A stretch of DNA of 61,839 bases, filler included, from Hausera hauseri (Eukaryota): the NCBI GenBank assembly GCA_046269625.1. It is 10 parts of 10 records of this genome, joined end to end, with 100 filler letters (N's around TTAATTAATTAA, not from the genome) between each part and the next. Parts side by side here need not be neighbours in the genome. Positions count along the whole stretch, not along the records: positions 37,130 to 46,594 come from JBJURY010367704.1; positions 46,695 to 51,291 come from JBJURY010512016.1; 8 more parts are not named here. The stretch is one strand, 5' to 3'. Below are positions 37,130-47,974 of this stretch, piece after piece. Below the pieces are notes generated by a model that worked only from the letters and a program-made list of their open reading frames with translations, made no database searches and had not been told where the DNA came from. The position numbers and the translations under genes were made by a program. Positions within the stretch are counted from its first letter, which is position 1. Each line of letters opens with the position of its first letter.

Positions 37130-38586
37130 CCTTTGGTCTGTAAATCCCTTTACTTGCAGTGTCGGTGAACTTATCGTATGTTATTCCTCTTAGTAAATTT
37201 GTTCCCCTTAATTTGCCAGGCATAGCTATTATTCCTCCATTTGGCAGACTTACCCAATCTGTCTCACTTCTCTTAAACATAGGTTTCCCTAAACCTGCTT
37301 CGCATTTTTTCAAAATTGTTGGCTGTGTCGCGTTTTCTTGCAAAACTCTTGTAAGTGGCATAGTCAATCGAGGTACGTTCTAATATATGACTGGCAATTC
37401 TTGAATACAACGTTTTCCCTCTATGTTTATGGATATATCCCGTTTTTCTCATTCGTAGGTCAATAGGACTTCTCCGGTAACTTCCGAAAATTCCTTCCTT
37501 CATCGGAATTACATGTGACGCTAGTTCTGGATTTGCATAGATCAAGGCTAGTTGGTCCTCATAATTTCTACATCCAATTTACAGTCGTTTGCGATCATCT
37601 TGTGATATAATTCTGCTAGTCCAATTTGTCCTTTATAATAAAAGTAATCATCTCTATTCTTCAAGTAATCTTCTATTCTTACATCTTGTGTTTCCAAAGC
37701 AAAAGTAGTTATTCCTGCTTCTGGTACGAAGAATGCTTCATAATTGGTGGCGTACATTACTACATTACATCGGGAAAGCATTTGTTTCTTAATGAACTTT
37801 AACCCGTGATCCTCGGATATCAATATAGTGGGTTTGGACTGTTTAGCTACGTCCTTCCTTGATTTGGCATTATTGTCAGTTATGTCTACATATCTTTTTT
37901 CTGTGGTTTCATTAAACTTTATTTCTTTTATTTTAATAAAGTTACAATCGTTCATAGGTGGTAAGGTCCAAATTACTATAGAGTTTCAGAAATATAGGCA
38001 CCATCTTGGATATTACACTTGGTTTTCGGTACATGTTTTTGTAACACTATGGAACATCACCTTTTGGTTCCTCATTTCTGTCTCAGAAATCGACCACTAC
38101 GATTCCTGCTTCTATTGCTTTTCATGTATCATACTCACCCCACTTACAGTATCCGGTGCATATCTAATTTCCCAACTGCTACTTTATACACTCGAATTAT
38201 CTTTCCTGTTTGGGCTTCTAACTCCAACCCCCTCAATCTCAGTCATCCTGTTTCCTTGGCTTGTTTGCATTGTTGTCGATCTAAATTCATAGGAATTAGA
38301 GGTGTCGTTGGTTTTACGATTGACGAATGTCGTGTATATTTCCACAGTGGAAAATGCTTCGCGATCGTCGTAACTTACACTCTATCCAATCTGTTGCAAT
38401 TAGTTCGCGTTGTTGATACAAGAAATACTTTTTCTCAATGGTTACTAACTTTTGGGGTTTGACATCCTCACACAACGTCAGATCCATCAGGGAATATTTT
38501 TGAAATATTTTAAACTTATCACAGTCATATACCGTGATTGCGCGGAGTTGTCTTATTAACATCATAAGTGTTATTAGTTTAGTCAT
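37130..38586 (-). pseudogene. env: Envelope glycoprotein of the chuvirus-like family; frameshifted; runs off the contig end
   Basis: Signal peptide then VYDC..YSL..C..LYQ..C..RSIFHCG..HSSIV..C..G, W..C, C..YATN, LY..C.L..NP.LA..G, ELPV, PLTRVL..C..W..P. This is the cysteine pattern of chuvirus-type glycoproteins. Confidence 0.8.
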
Positions 38587-38800
38587 CCAATTTGATTCAC
38601 AATCTCGCGCTGAGTTAGTTGGTATTAAATTTCTTACCACATCTTTCATTCTAGCGGTCGGTCTGTTTCCATCTTTCTCATCAAATAGCTTGGATCAATT
38701 TATCTCTCTAGGAATTTTTAACAGCTTTTCTGGTTCTATTGACTTCATTTTCCTTTGAGGGATTTGCTTTGATCGCCAAGCACAATATTACTTTCCTTAA

Positions 38801-41800
38801 TTATTCCTTAGTATTCTCTACCATAATTTTTTTGATTAAAACTTCATGAGATAAGTTGCTTTTGTTCATTTTGAACCGAAATGTCCTAATTATCCTTGCT
38901 GCGTCGTATATTGCCTTTTCCTTTTCATCTAACATCTCGGTTCTTTGTCCCGAATAGTTCACTATTTTTATAATGTTTCTCAGCAACTCGTTTAACTCTT
39001 CGCTATTGGAGTTAATCGCTGTCATGTATAGTTGTCTTAGTTCTCGTATCAGAGCTGCACTTTGGTCAATATCATCTGTTATTTTTCTCGGCTTTCCAAC
39101 TGGTTGTTTCTGTTTCGGCGCAGTTGGTATTGCTTCACCAATCGGTACTAGGTTCTTATCGTATTGTTCATTATCTTCTTCACTCTGGAGGTAGTCAAAA
39201 TACATGATAGGGTCTCTGACTCCCATAATGCGTCCTACGCAATGTTCATCCCTCGCTTTTCTCGCAGCCTCATCTTTTGTCTGTTCGTTGGTAATTATAG
39301 CCACTATTCGATTTGTTTCCCGTGGAAAAATTACGACATCTATTAGTTGCTCAGGTTCCTCCAGTATTCTACGTCGGAAATATAACCGATACCTTACTTC
39401 ATCTTTTCCACCGTTTCGTACTATCCATTGCTTTACTTCTCTAACCGATGTCATCGTCGTGCATACAATTTCTCTTTTCCATCCATTCAGCTGATATTTT
39501 CACCTTAATCGGCGTTTCGGGTTTAGCTTTCAAGAAATCAGCGTATTTCTTTATCAATAGTCTGGGTACTGAGCTATAAACGGTATTTTCGCTTGATAGT
39601 TTGGTTTATGTAGGGACCAATTGTCTCAGTTTGCTCTACGTCATGTTGACGTTTATCTGCTTAATTAATTCTCTCTCGGTCCGTGCGGGATCCAAGAGAA
39701 TCTCCATATCAAATCGTCGGTCTGTTAGAAGAACATCATTTTGTTGAAGTTGGATGGGTGTTTTAGGGTTTTGGTTGTACACATCTTCCAAATATGCATC
39801 CCATCCTGAGTCGTTCGTGACGTCTGGAAACCCATAATCCAACAATACCGTGGTAGCTCTTCGAACATTTTCGCGCATCTCGTTTAATCTCAACTATACT
39901 TCTCTCATTAAGTTGGTTCGGAACTTTGCTCCATTTCCACACGCAAGTTATATTGTTTTTAATGTCGGTCCTAGTTTATCTGTAGGGAACAACACTTTTC
40001 TTTCGTAACCTTTTAATTCGGTCGTTACATCCATAAACCATCTTTGTGCGAATTCTCTTTTATTCGTTAACTTTGATTGTGTGATCTTATATTTATTCTT
40101 TTAAGTTTCCAGTTCTTTGTCTAATTCATCTAGCTTCGTAGCTCTTTGCTTTGTGCGAATTCGCAATTCTTCTATATCTTTAACTTGAATTGTCAGTTGT
40201 CGTGTCTTGTCGTCATCTATTTCTGCAATTGTCGATAGTAGTGATATTATTTCGCGCATTTCTTTTAGAGTCTTCGAATTTGGATCAATTTCTTCAATAA
40301 GTCTCTTTACGAATTTAGCATCGTCTGGTGTGAGGCGATGATCTTTGGTCATTTCTATTAATTCAACGTGACAATTTTGGTCGGTATCTGATGCCCACTT
40401 AAAAAGACGGTGTAGATATTTTAATACTTCTTTTAACGCGGTCAGATGATTTGGGCAAATATCCAACGTCGATAGATCACATATGGATATTTCATCTATG
40501 GGCCTTGTTGCCAACTGTAGTACACCGTCTAGGCGGACACGTTTTAGTCTCATCGATAAGGAGGAGATTTTTCCCTGTTTCGCCGATAATTCTATTTCTT
40601 CGACCATGGTATACAATTCTTCTGTGAGTTTCATTTCCTGATTTCTACTGATAAATTTTAACCTCGATAATGCGCTAAATTTAACTCAAGGGTTTGCCTC
40701 TATTTTGTAAGCATCTAGGTTACGGAGTATTTCCTTTAACTGTTGTTTTAATATCGGTTCACATTCAGAATACTTCTTCAGACGATATTTCGTTAAACTC
40801 ACTAATCTGTCTAACGCTTTAGTCCATTCTTTGAGTTGGTTATCTATCATTGGTTTTGCGTTTATTAAGTTTTCTAATCGTTCGAAGGCGTTGTTCAATT
40901 TATCGTCTGGACCTTTAATATAGTCAATTACTCCTTTAACGTAGTTAACTTCCTTCTTGTATTCGTCCAGTTTTAAAATACATGTTTTTGTTATGTTTTG
41001 TACTTCTTGGTTCTCTGCATACGTTATTTTATTCCTACATCTGTAGATTTCGGAGCGCCTTTTATCTTGCGAGGCTATGCGAATTCCTGTCACCATATTC
41101 TTTGCGTGCGCTGTACGCGATCTTACACATTTCCATTATGAGAGGAATGTCTACAGGTTCTATTCCTAGTATTAAAAATTCGTTTTCATCCAATTTGTTT
41201 ATTAGTTTATTTTTGATGTGATAGATTACTGCACTCTCTATTTCTGTCATTAACCTCTCTAAATTCCGTTTCGTTCGCTTTTTTTTTGGATCCGCCTCTA
41301 ACGTCTTTAGTATTCCTTGGGCATTCACCACTTTACTTTTAATTTCTATCTCTTGATTATTCCATGTGTCGGTGAAGTCGATTCGGCTTTTTCTCCATGA
41401 ATCTAGTTTTGTCTTCCATTCTTCAATCAATTTCTCCACAATTTTATTCACTTCCTCTAGTTCTTTTTCCCTGCTAACGTCTTCTTTAAGGTATCGTTTA
41501 AATTCTTTATACATTTTTTCGACGAAATGCTGTTCTTTTCCAGACACATCTACCTAAATTTTTATATGCCTTAATTCTTCCAGGATGTGACGTATCGTCT
41601 CCGTATCTGTTGGCGCCATCCTAATTTCTTTTAATTTATCTGCATTTTTCCAGGACTTTCTAATCCTCCACACTTTTCCGTTTAGCTTTTTAATTCGCTC
41701 CGTACAATCAGTTTCGCTTTCACTATCGGGCAGTGGACATATCTCGTTTATCTCACTGTTCGCGTCTCCTACTGTTACGCTTAAACTTGGAATATCTGGA

Positions 41801-42213
41801 ACTTCAGTAAGCTCGACGTCTGGAGTATCTAAGTTCGGGATGTCCTATACGTCAGCATCTCGGAATTTGGTCTTTTCTACATTGCCTCTTTTTAATGGCG
41901 ATCTTGACTGACCTTTTGGCTTCCTTTTATTTGATGCAATACGACCTCTATTTTTCGTTATTTTAAGGACTAATGGAGCTATTTTGTCAGCCACATCTTG
42001 ACTTCCTTCTGTCAGGATTTCAGATTCAGCGTCCAAGTCTACACTTGCTATTTCGATTTTGTTTACCGCTTTTGTCTCCGCGGGCTTTTCCGGCATATTC
42101 TTCTTACGAACCATATTACTATTGTCCGGCGCTATTAAGTACTCCTATTTTGTTCGGGATTCAGATAGTTCATGATATACTTCTAATATCCGTACGTTAT
42201 CTTCGTATTACTT
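38801..42213 (-). pseudogene. Long non-Pol continuation of the Gag frame: coiled-coil/helical region plus a ubiquitin-like domain (~39500-39290)
   Basis: ORFs 42114-41845 and 41547-41062 are in frame with gag, and 41096-39636 share a second frame. TSVREVKQWI..RYRLYFRRRILEE..LIDVVI aligns by eye to ubiquitin. No DTG/DSG, YxDD, RNase H or integrase motifs seen. Confidence 0.65.
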
Positions 42214-43680
42214 TCAAGCCTTCAGGATTTGCGGATTGCTTGTTTCTCGTTGACTTTTCAGGTATCGTCGTGAATTTTGAATATCCAAAAGTGCGTCTAT
42301 GTCACCTCTGGGGCCATATTTCGCCTCTAGATCTTCCTGCGTCTTAATTAAGCTTGCCTTAGTCGGTTCGTTAAACGATACGTTCCGAGGATTTAGGCAT
42401 GATCGTGCTATGTGACCTTCCTTACCACATGTATAACATATTAAGTTTCCGTTTCTACCAATCCGTTGTCGATCATCCTCATTGATAAGTGATTTTAAGC
42501 GGCTGTCGCTCCTCGAATAGCCCTGATTTAAGGATTCTATACGACTACTTCCGCCATATTTGTTTTCATTGTTTCTAAAATCATTGTATCTGTTTCCGTC
42601 CTTATATTTAAAACTTTTGTTATTGTTTTTGTAACCATCTTGTTTCAAATTGTAGTTCGACTTCGCGTTCATGTTATTTAAATTCCGATTATTGTCTAAG
42701 CCTTTGTTCCCATAACGCGGACTCTTATCCATTCTATTATTGAAACTTCAATTTTGACTATGTTCGTAGAATCGTCCACTGTTTCTACGCCTATCGCTTC
42801 GCTCATTTCATTCGACATTCTTGTCGTATCTAGCATATCTATCTAACGCCATTTCTAGGTCTTGTGTCAATTGTAATGTTTTCTCAAAGTTTTCTTGTCT
42901 CGCTAAAATTAATTGTTTCACCATGTCGCTTGACCAAATGTCATTAATTAGTTGTGTTGTCATCATTACATCCAAATCTGATGGAACTGCCTTTTCTGCG
43001 GCTCTACGTACGGCGTCGTCTTTGCCTTAGCCATGTTTGAAATTCTTAGTGTACTAATGTAACTATTTGCTAACTTTTTAAAGCAAACGCAAACTGGGTG
43101 ACCGATTCGCACTTCTGTTGCATCCCATTTTGAAATGCCATCAACTTTTGTTGTGGGGTTTTCGTCGGCAGTAACTTCCTATTTAATGCTCCTACTAATG
43201 ATGACCGATCACTCTTTTTTTCGTCTGTAGGTTAGGCGTAGGCATCTGCGGCCAAATTCTTCAAATAAAGTGATAATCGTCTGATCATATGTTGAGATTC
43301 TAACCCTGTACCTTCGGCGGGAAGTTTATGTTTTTAAAAATTCATTTAGTCCTTCCGGATCGCCGTCGTATGCCGGTAAAGTCAATGACTCGTATGTAAA
43401 AATATCCAATTTCTGTATGGCCGTAGTATTATCAGCTGCCATTTGATTTGTATTTACCTCTATTCTGTTTTCAACTTTACGTCGGTTGCTTAGTCTACGT
43501 GGGACGTTAAAATTTACTTCTTGATCTTGGTCTCATCAACTTTCTAGATTTTCTCGTGATTAAGTTAGTGTACGTTTTTCGTCTAAATTCGTTCGTACTT
43601 TACTACGGGTTCGTCTTGTGATTAAATTCTCTTTACCGTTAAGGCTTAAATATTCTGATTTACTATGACTGTCAATATTT
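42214..43680 (-). pseudogene. gag: Retrotransposon Gag with a CCHC zinc knuckle
   Basis: RRTRS N-terminal motif, LPAYDGDPEGLNEFL capsid start, N/R-rich linker and CYTCGKEGHIARSC. Confidence 0.85.
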
Positions 43681-43830
43681 GTGCTTTAATACCCACTTAA
43701 TTAAATACAGGAATTTATATCCCAGATTTTATACTCGTTGATTCAGATTAATTGGTGTGGATGCGTTAATCGCGGGTATGTCGTTTAATTAACTCTCGTC
43801 TGAAGTAGTAATCTAGCGAGATGCAAACTG

Positions 43831-43847
43831 TCCTGCTAGTGCCGCCA
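43831..43847 (-). promoter_or_regulatory. Primer-binding site (tRNA-Ser-like)
   Basis: TGGCGGCACTAGCAGGA, 2 nt after the LTR end. Complementary to a tRNA 3' end TCCTGC-TAGTGCC-G-CCA with discriminator G. Confidence 0.75.
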
Positions 43848-43849
43848 AA

Positions 43850-44603
43850 TGTTATATTTTGGGATGGGCCCTAACCGCCTCCCACTATATAAGAATAGTT
43901 TACACAGTTTAGTTTGTTGCAGATTCGGTTTACCGTTCCCGGTAAATCAGGATGTACCTTATATTCTTGTAGCGTTAACGAATGCAGGTACTGCGTGTAA
44001 TATTCGTGCAAAAATTTACTGTGACTCTCTCCTATCTATATAATTTACGTCAGAATTTAATGAGCTTAGTGTAGTCAAATCAGTCTTAAGGATCGATGAG
44101 AAACTATATAAGAAATTAAGACTATTTAAAAAAGAAAATATAATTAGTACCAATAACAATAATGCTGATTGATTCTTGTGATCATTGACAAATGGCTTCG
44201 GAAAACCTTTTCTAAAATTCAATATATCCTTCGGTTCTATCCTTAATTGTCGAATTCGTATGTTTCAATTCTTTCGTGTCGTTTTCGCACTGGAGACTGA
44301 CTGCGAAATGTTCTCTGACTGAAAATCTCGCTGGTATATATACTATTAGCTCTCACCGGTTATGTCATTTTGTTCATTTATTTACTGATTCATTTTCGTT
44401 ATTTCTATTAGGTAATATTTACAATCAATTGTTTTGTGAATTCCTCGGATTTCTAACTCCGGATATTCCGATAATTACGTGCAAATCATTATCAATTCAT
44501 ATTAATTAATAACATGAATATTATTATTGTAAAATAATATCTCTAATTATAGGTCACAGTTCGCCTAGTAATTACTAATGTATCGTATGTGCATTCTATA
44601 ACA
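43850..44603 (-). mobile_element. 5' LTR (754 bp)
   Basis: TGTTATA...TATAACA termini, internal TATATA and AATAAA, directly followed by the PBS and gag. Confidence 0.8.
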
Positions 44604-46594
44604 TTTATACCTGAGCGACACCTCGTATGCTCCTATTGCGTCAGGAAAGGTGGCGTCTAATTATTGTCGGCGCAGTAGATCCAGTATACTCCGTAGACTA
44701 CTGTCATCGACTGGATTCGCTTCTAACATATAACTAGTGCTGAGTTGAGTCTGTATCGGAATAGATCTATTTTGTTTGCCATTCGAAAAGTATTTTAGAC
44801 CATTTGCTTCCGCTCGGCATACTGGGCACGTCGTTTTCCCATTATCCAGGGTCCATGTTTCGAGACAGGTACGACAACATTTGTGTCGGCATTCATGATT
44901 ATCCAAATTAACGTATCCCTGCCACATACTTTCCTTACAGACTGGGCAAATGTCTTCGTCACCATTCGTGTTTTTATCATTCAGGTCTATTTTGGGTATA
45001 ATTCGGATTTGCTCAAGTACTAGTCTGTCTTGATCGGAATACAAATAGCCATATAGCTCTTTTCGTTAAATGTTGATTGAGCTTTTTCTAGGATAGTAAT
45101 TTACGGGGACCAATGTCAAATTTATAATGGTTGCATTGTCTAAATCAGGGATCTCACCTCTCTTTTGGTAGGTCTCGTATTGCTTCTAAAACATCAATTT
45201 GATTTGATTGTTTACAGGGACAGATAATTTGCTAGTTCTTTTTGATTTAAATACGGGAGCTAGGTATTTTCTTTTCTCGAAATTCTCCCAAGCGTATGTT
45301 CCATCGGGGATTTCTAGTATTCCAGCATTTTTTACGTAAAACATTGCTTCCTTTATTTTCTGATGACTACAATACTCAGCTGTCAACCGTAACCTAGGAA
45401 AATCTTTATTTGTCAAAAAGTGGACGTTTTCTTCTGATTTTTTCATTTCTAAATATTTATTTCTATAAAAGTGACATCATTGTCGGATTTCCTCCTTAGA
45501 GTTTGGGTTCTAATCTTCCTTGTTATTTCTTCAGAATGTATCGCCTCCGTTCTATTCGGGGTTTTTGTGTTTTCAGATCCCTTTTCTGTTGTTTTTATTT
45601 CGTTTCGGATCTCTGTACTTTCGGGGTTCTGTCTTATTTTAATTATTTTCCGCTTATCTTCTTCCCGATTTTTCTTTTTGAAAAGGTATTCATATAAGGA
45701 TCATTTCCTTTTTCCAGTTGACAGTGTAGTTTCTATTCTGTACTCTTTATTCTTTTTCGGGGTTTTAGGTACTTTAAACTTTTCTTGATTTTTGTTTTTG
45801 TGTTTTGTTGGGTCTAAATTGATATTTCGAGTGGTACTGGATATATTTTCTATTTCTCTTGTCGCTGTGACTGGTTCTTATTCGGTCTTCCGAATAGTAA
45901 CTTGATAACTGTCTCCTGGTATTGGTTCGACAGTTCTCATGAGGGAATAAGGCATGAAATACCTTCTGTGTTTGGACCTTAATCCTTCGGGTTTGGTTGA
46001 ACTTCGTAAATTTTGGCTAGGATTATCAGAAGTCCATTCATGTTCCCACTTGAGCCCTGCATATATATCTCGTAAGTATTGTGAGCGTTGGCTTACTGTC
46101 AGAAGTCGGCTTATCCCAACATGTGCTCCGTTTATTGCTTCTAACATAAACTTAAATCGACCTACTACGGTCGGTGGTAGATAGCTGTTCCTCCCTTGAA
46201 CAGTCTGCTTCATCTGTTCCATTAATACAGGATGAGTCACTATTTCCCTCACTCATGCTATGTGAGTATCTGTCAGGATACTTCCATATAGACAATGGAG
46301 CAATTCCTCACGAACCTGTTATATGTCTCTTCCATGGACTAAATGCTCCTTCTTGATTTCTGTAACTTCTGAATAAGTTTCGCGTACCCGTTTTCTGGGA
46401 CTGATGATCTTTGTGTAGAGTTCGGATCCTCATAATTCTCGTGTAGATACTCCAATTGAAATGTCGCTTCCATTATCTCCTTCCCCGTAATTTACGGATA
46501 TAATTCTGGAGTTTCTGGCGTCTTGCACTAACGGAAAAGAATATAGATGGTCATCCTGATCATTCTCAGTGGGCCTCTGAATAAACCGTAAGGA
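44604..46594 (-). pseudogene. Decayed long ORF containing a RING finger (44661-45044), cut by the LTR
   Basis: CPVC..CRHKCCRTC..W..CPVC. ORFs 45446-45186 and 45044-44661 are in one frame separated by single stops, and that frame continues up to the LTR edge. Confidence 0.7.
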
Positions 46595-47149
46595 NNNNNN
46601 NNNNNNNNNNNNNNNNNNNNNNNNNNNNNNNNNNNNNNTTAATTAATTAANNNNNNNNNNNNNNNNNNNNNNNNNNNNNNNNNNNNNNNNNNNNCAGGAG
46701 GCGGAAGAAAAACGGGAAATGTGCAACTGGCAACGCAACACATGCATTTGGTGTACCGAAGTTTTGTAGAGGTAAAATTAATGTTTGCAAGTCGAATGGA
46801 CACGGTTTCGTCGTCGTCCGACCTAGGGAACACGGGGAAAACCAGCTGGGACAATTTCCGTCGGGTAAAATATCCCCTGTTCAAAGCGGCCGGTGATGGA
46901 AATGGGTCCGGTACATTGCCCATAAGTTGGGGAAAACTTCATATAACCGCCTCACGATCAGACCAATGGATCCGGGTGAAAAACACATTTTGTAAAACGT
47001 CAAAATCGTCATTTTCGTTTTGTGTTCTGTAAATGCGTTCGTTTTATTGTAAAAATCTCTGTCGTGAATTTTATTTTGTACGACGACGATTAAAACCGAA
47101 CGGTTAATAATAAATTACAATTGCACTATGAGCATGAGCTCATAATTGA

Positions 47150-47450
47150 GCACTATTCATAAGGAGAATGCTTATGACCAAAACTGCAATGCTAGTAGTA
47201 GTAGTAGTAGTAGCAAAGGTGACACCTCAGACCGTGTACCACAAATGTAACAAAGGTAATGAAACGATATAACAATACATGGTAACAACAACAACAGAAG
47301 CAATATAGCAAGCAGTATATTTCAAAATAACAAAAACTGTCTATCCAAAAGTTCGAATACGTTTAGTCAGTGTTCACATTAATGTCTGAGTACTACTACT
47401 ACTCATAAGGCGAATGATTGTGACACCTGAGACCGTCTACTACAACCTAA
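47150..47450. repeat. Direct repeats with (AGT)n and (ACT)n tracts
   Basis: CATAAGG(A/C)GAATG..TGAC and GTGACACCT(C/G)AGACCGT each occur twice. (AGT)n at 47194-47213 and (TAC)n at 47391-47403. Confidence 0.6.
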
Positions 47451-47974
47451 TGAGTACAAAATTTGTAACTAAGATATTGGAGTTATGTGGCGAAGCACAC
47501 ATTAATTCTGATTTGTTTTCTCATTAGTGTAAACGTTATTCCCGATACAGCGTATGTTAAAAGCACTGTTTACACAATCAAGTGTCTAACGTAAAACTAT
47601 AACCATTCACACACAAACATATAAAATATCATTGCAGTTAGGTTATTGTCATTTCAAAAAATCATTATTACCGAAAAATGGAAAATGTAAGTTTTATTGA
47701 TTATTAATTTTATTTGGTATCAGTTTATTTTATTATATTAAATTTTTATTTATAAATTAAATTATATTTTATTTATGAAAATTTTGTTTTTAACCAAATT
47801 CCGGACAACATTATTTCCCCACCTATCTGACTATAACAAAGAGGCATATCGCCAAGTCTTAATAGAACATTTATTTCCCTTTGTTTTGTACAACAATAAC
47901 AACAATAATTAAATCGTTTCTAATGAGTTAGGAGTACACAAACCACATGGGTTAACAAATTCCGTATGAGAATG

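Noticed and set aside
38650-46594. Stop-codon reassignment or readthrough explaining the in-frame stops
   Set aside because: TAA, TAG and TGA all occur, together with frameshifts. This is ordinary pseudogene decay.
47194-47403. (AGT)n/(ACT)n as Polinton termini
   Set aside because: The tracts are only about 200 bp apart and embedded in local direct repeats, with no long TIR partner or 6-bp TSD visible.
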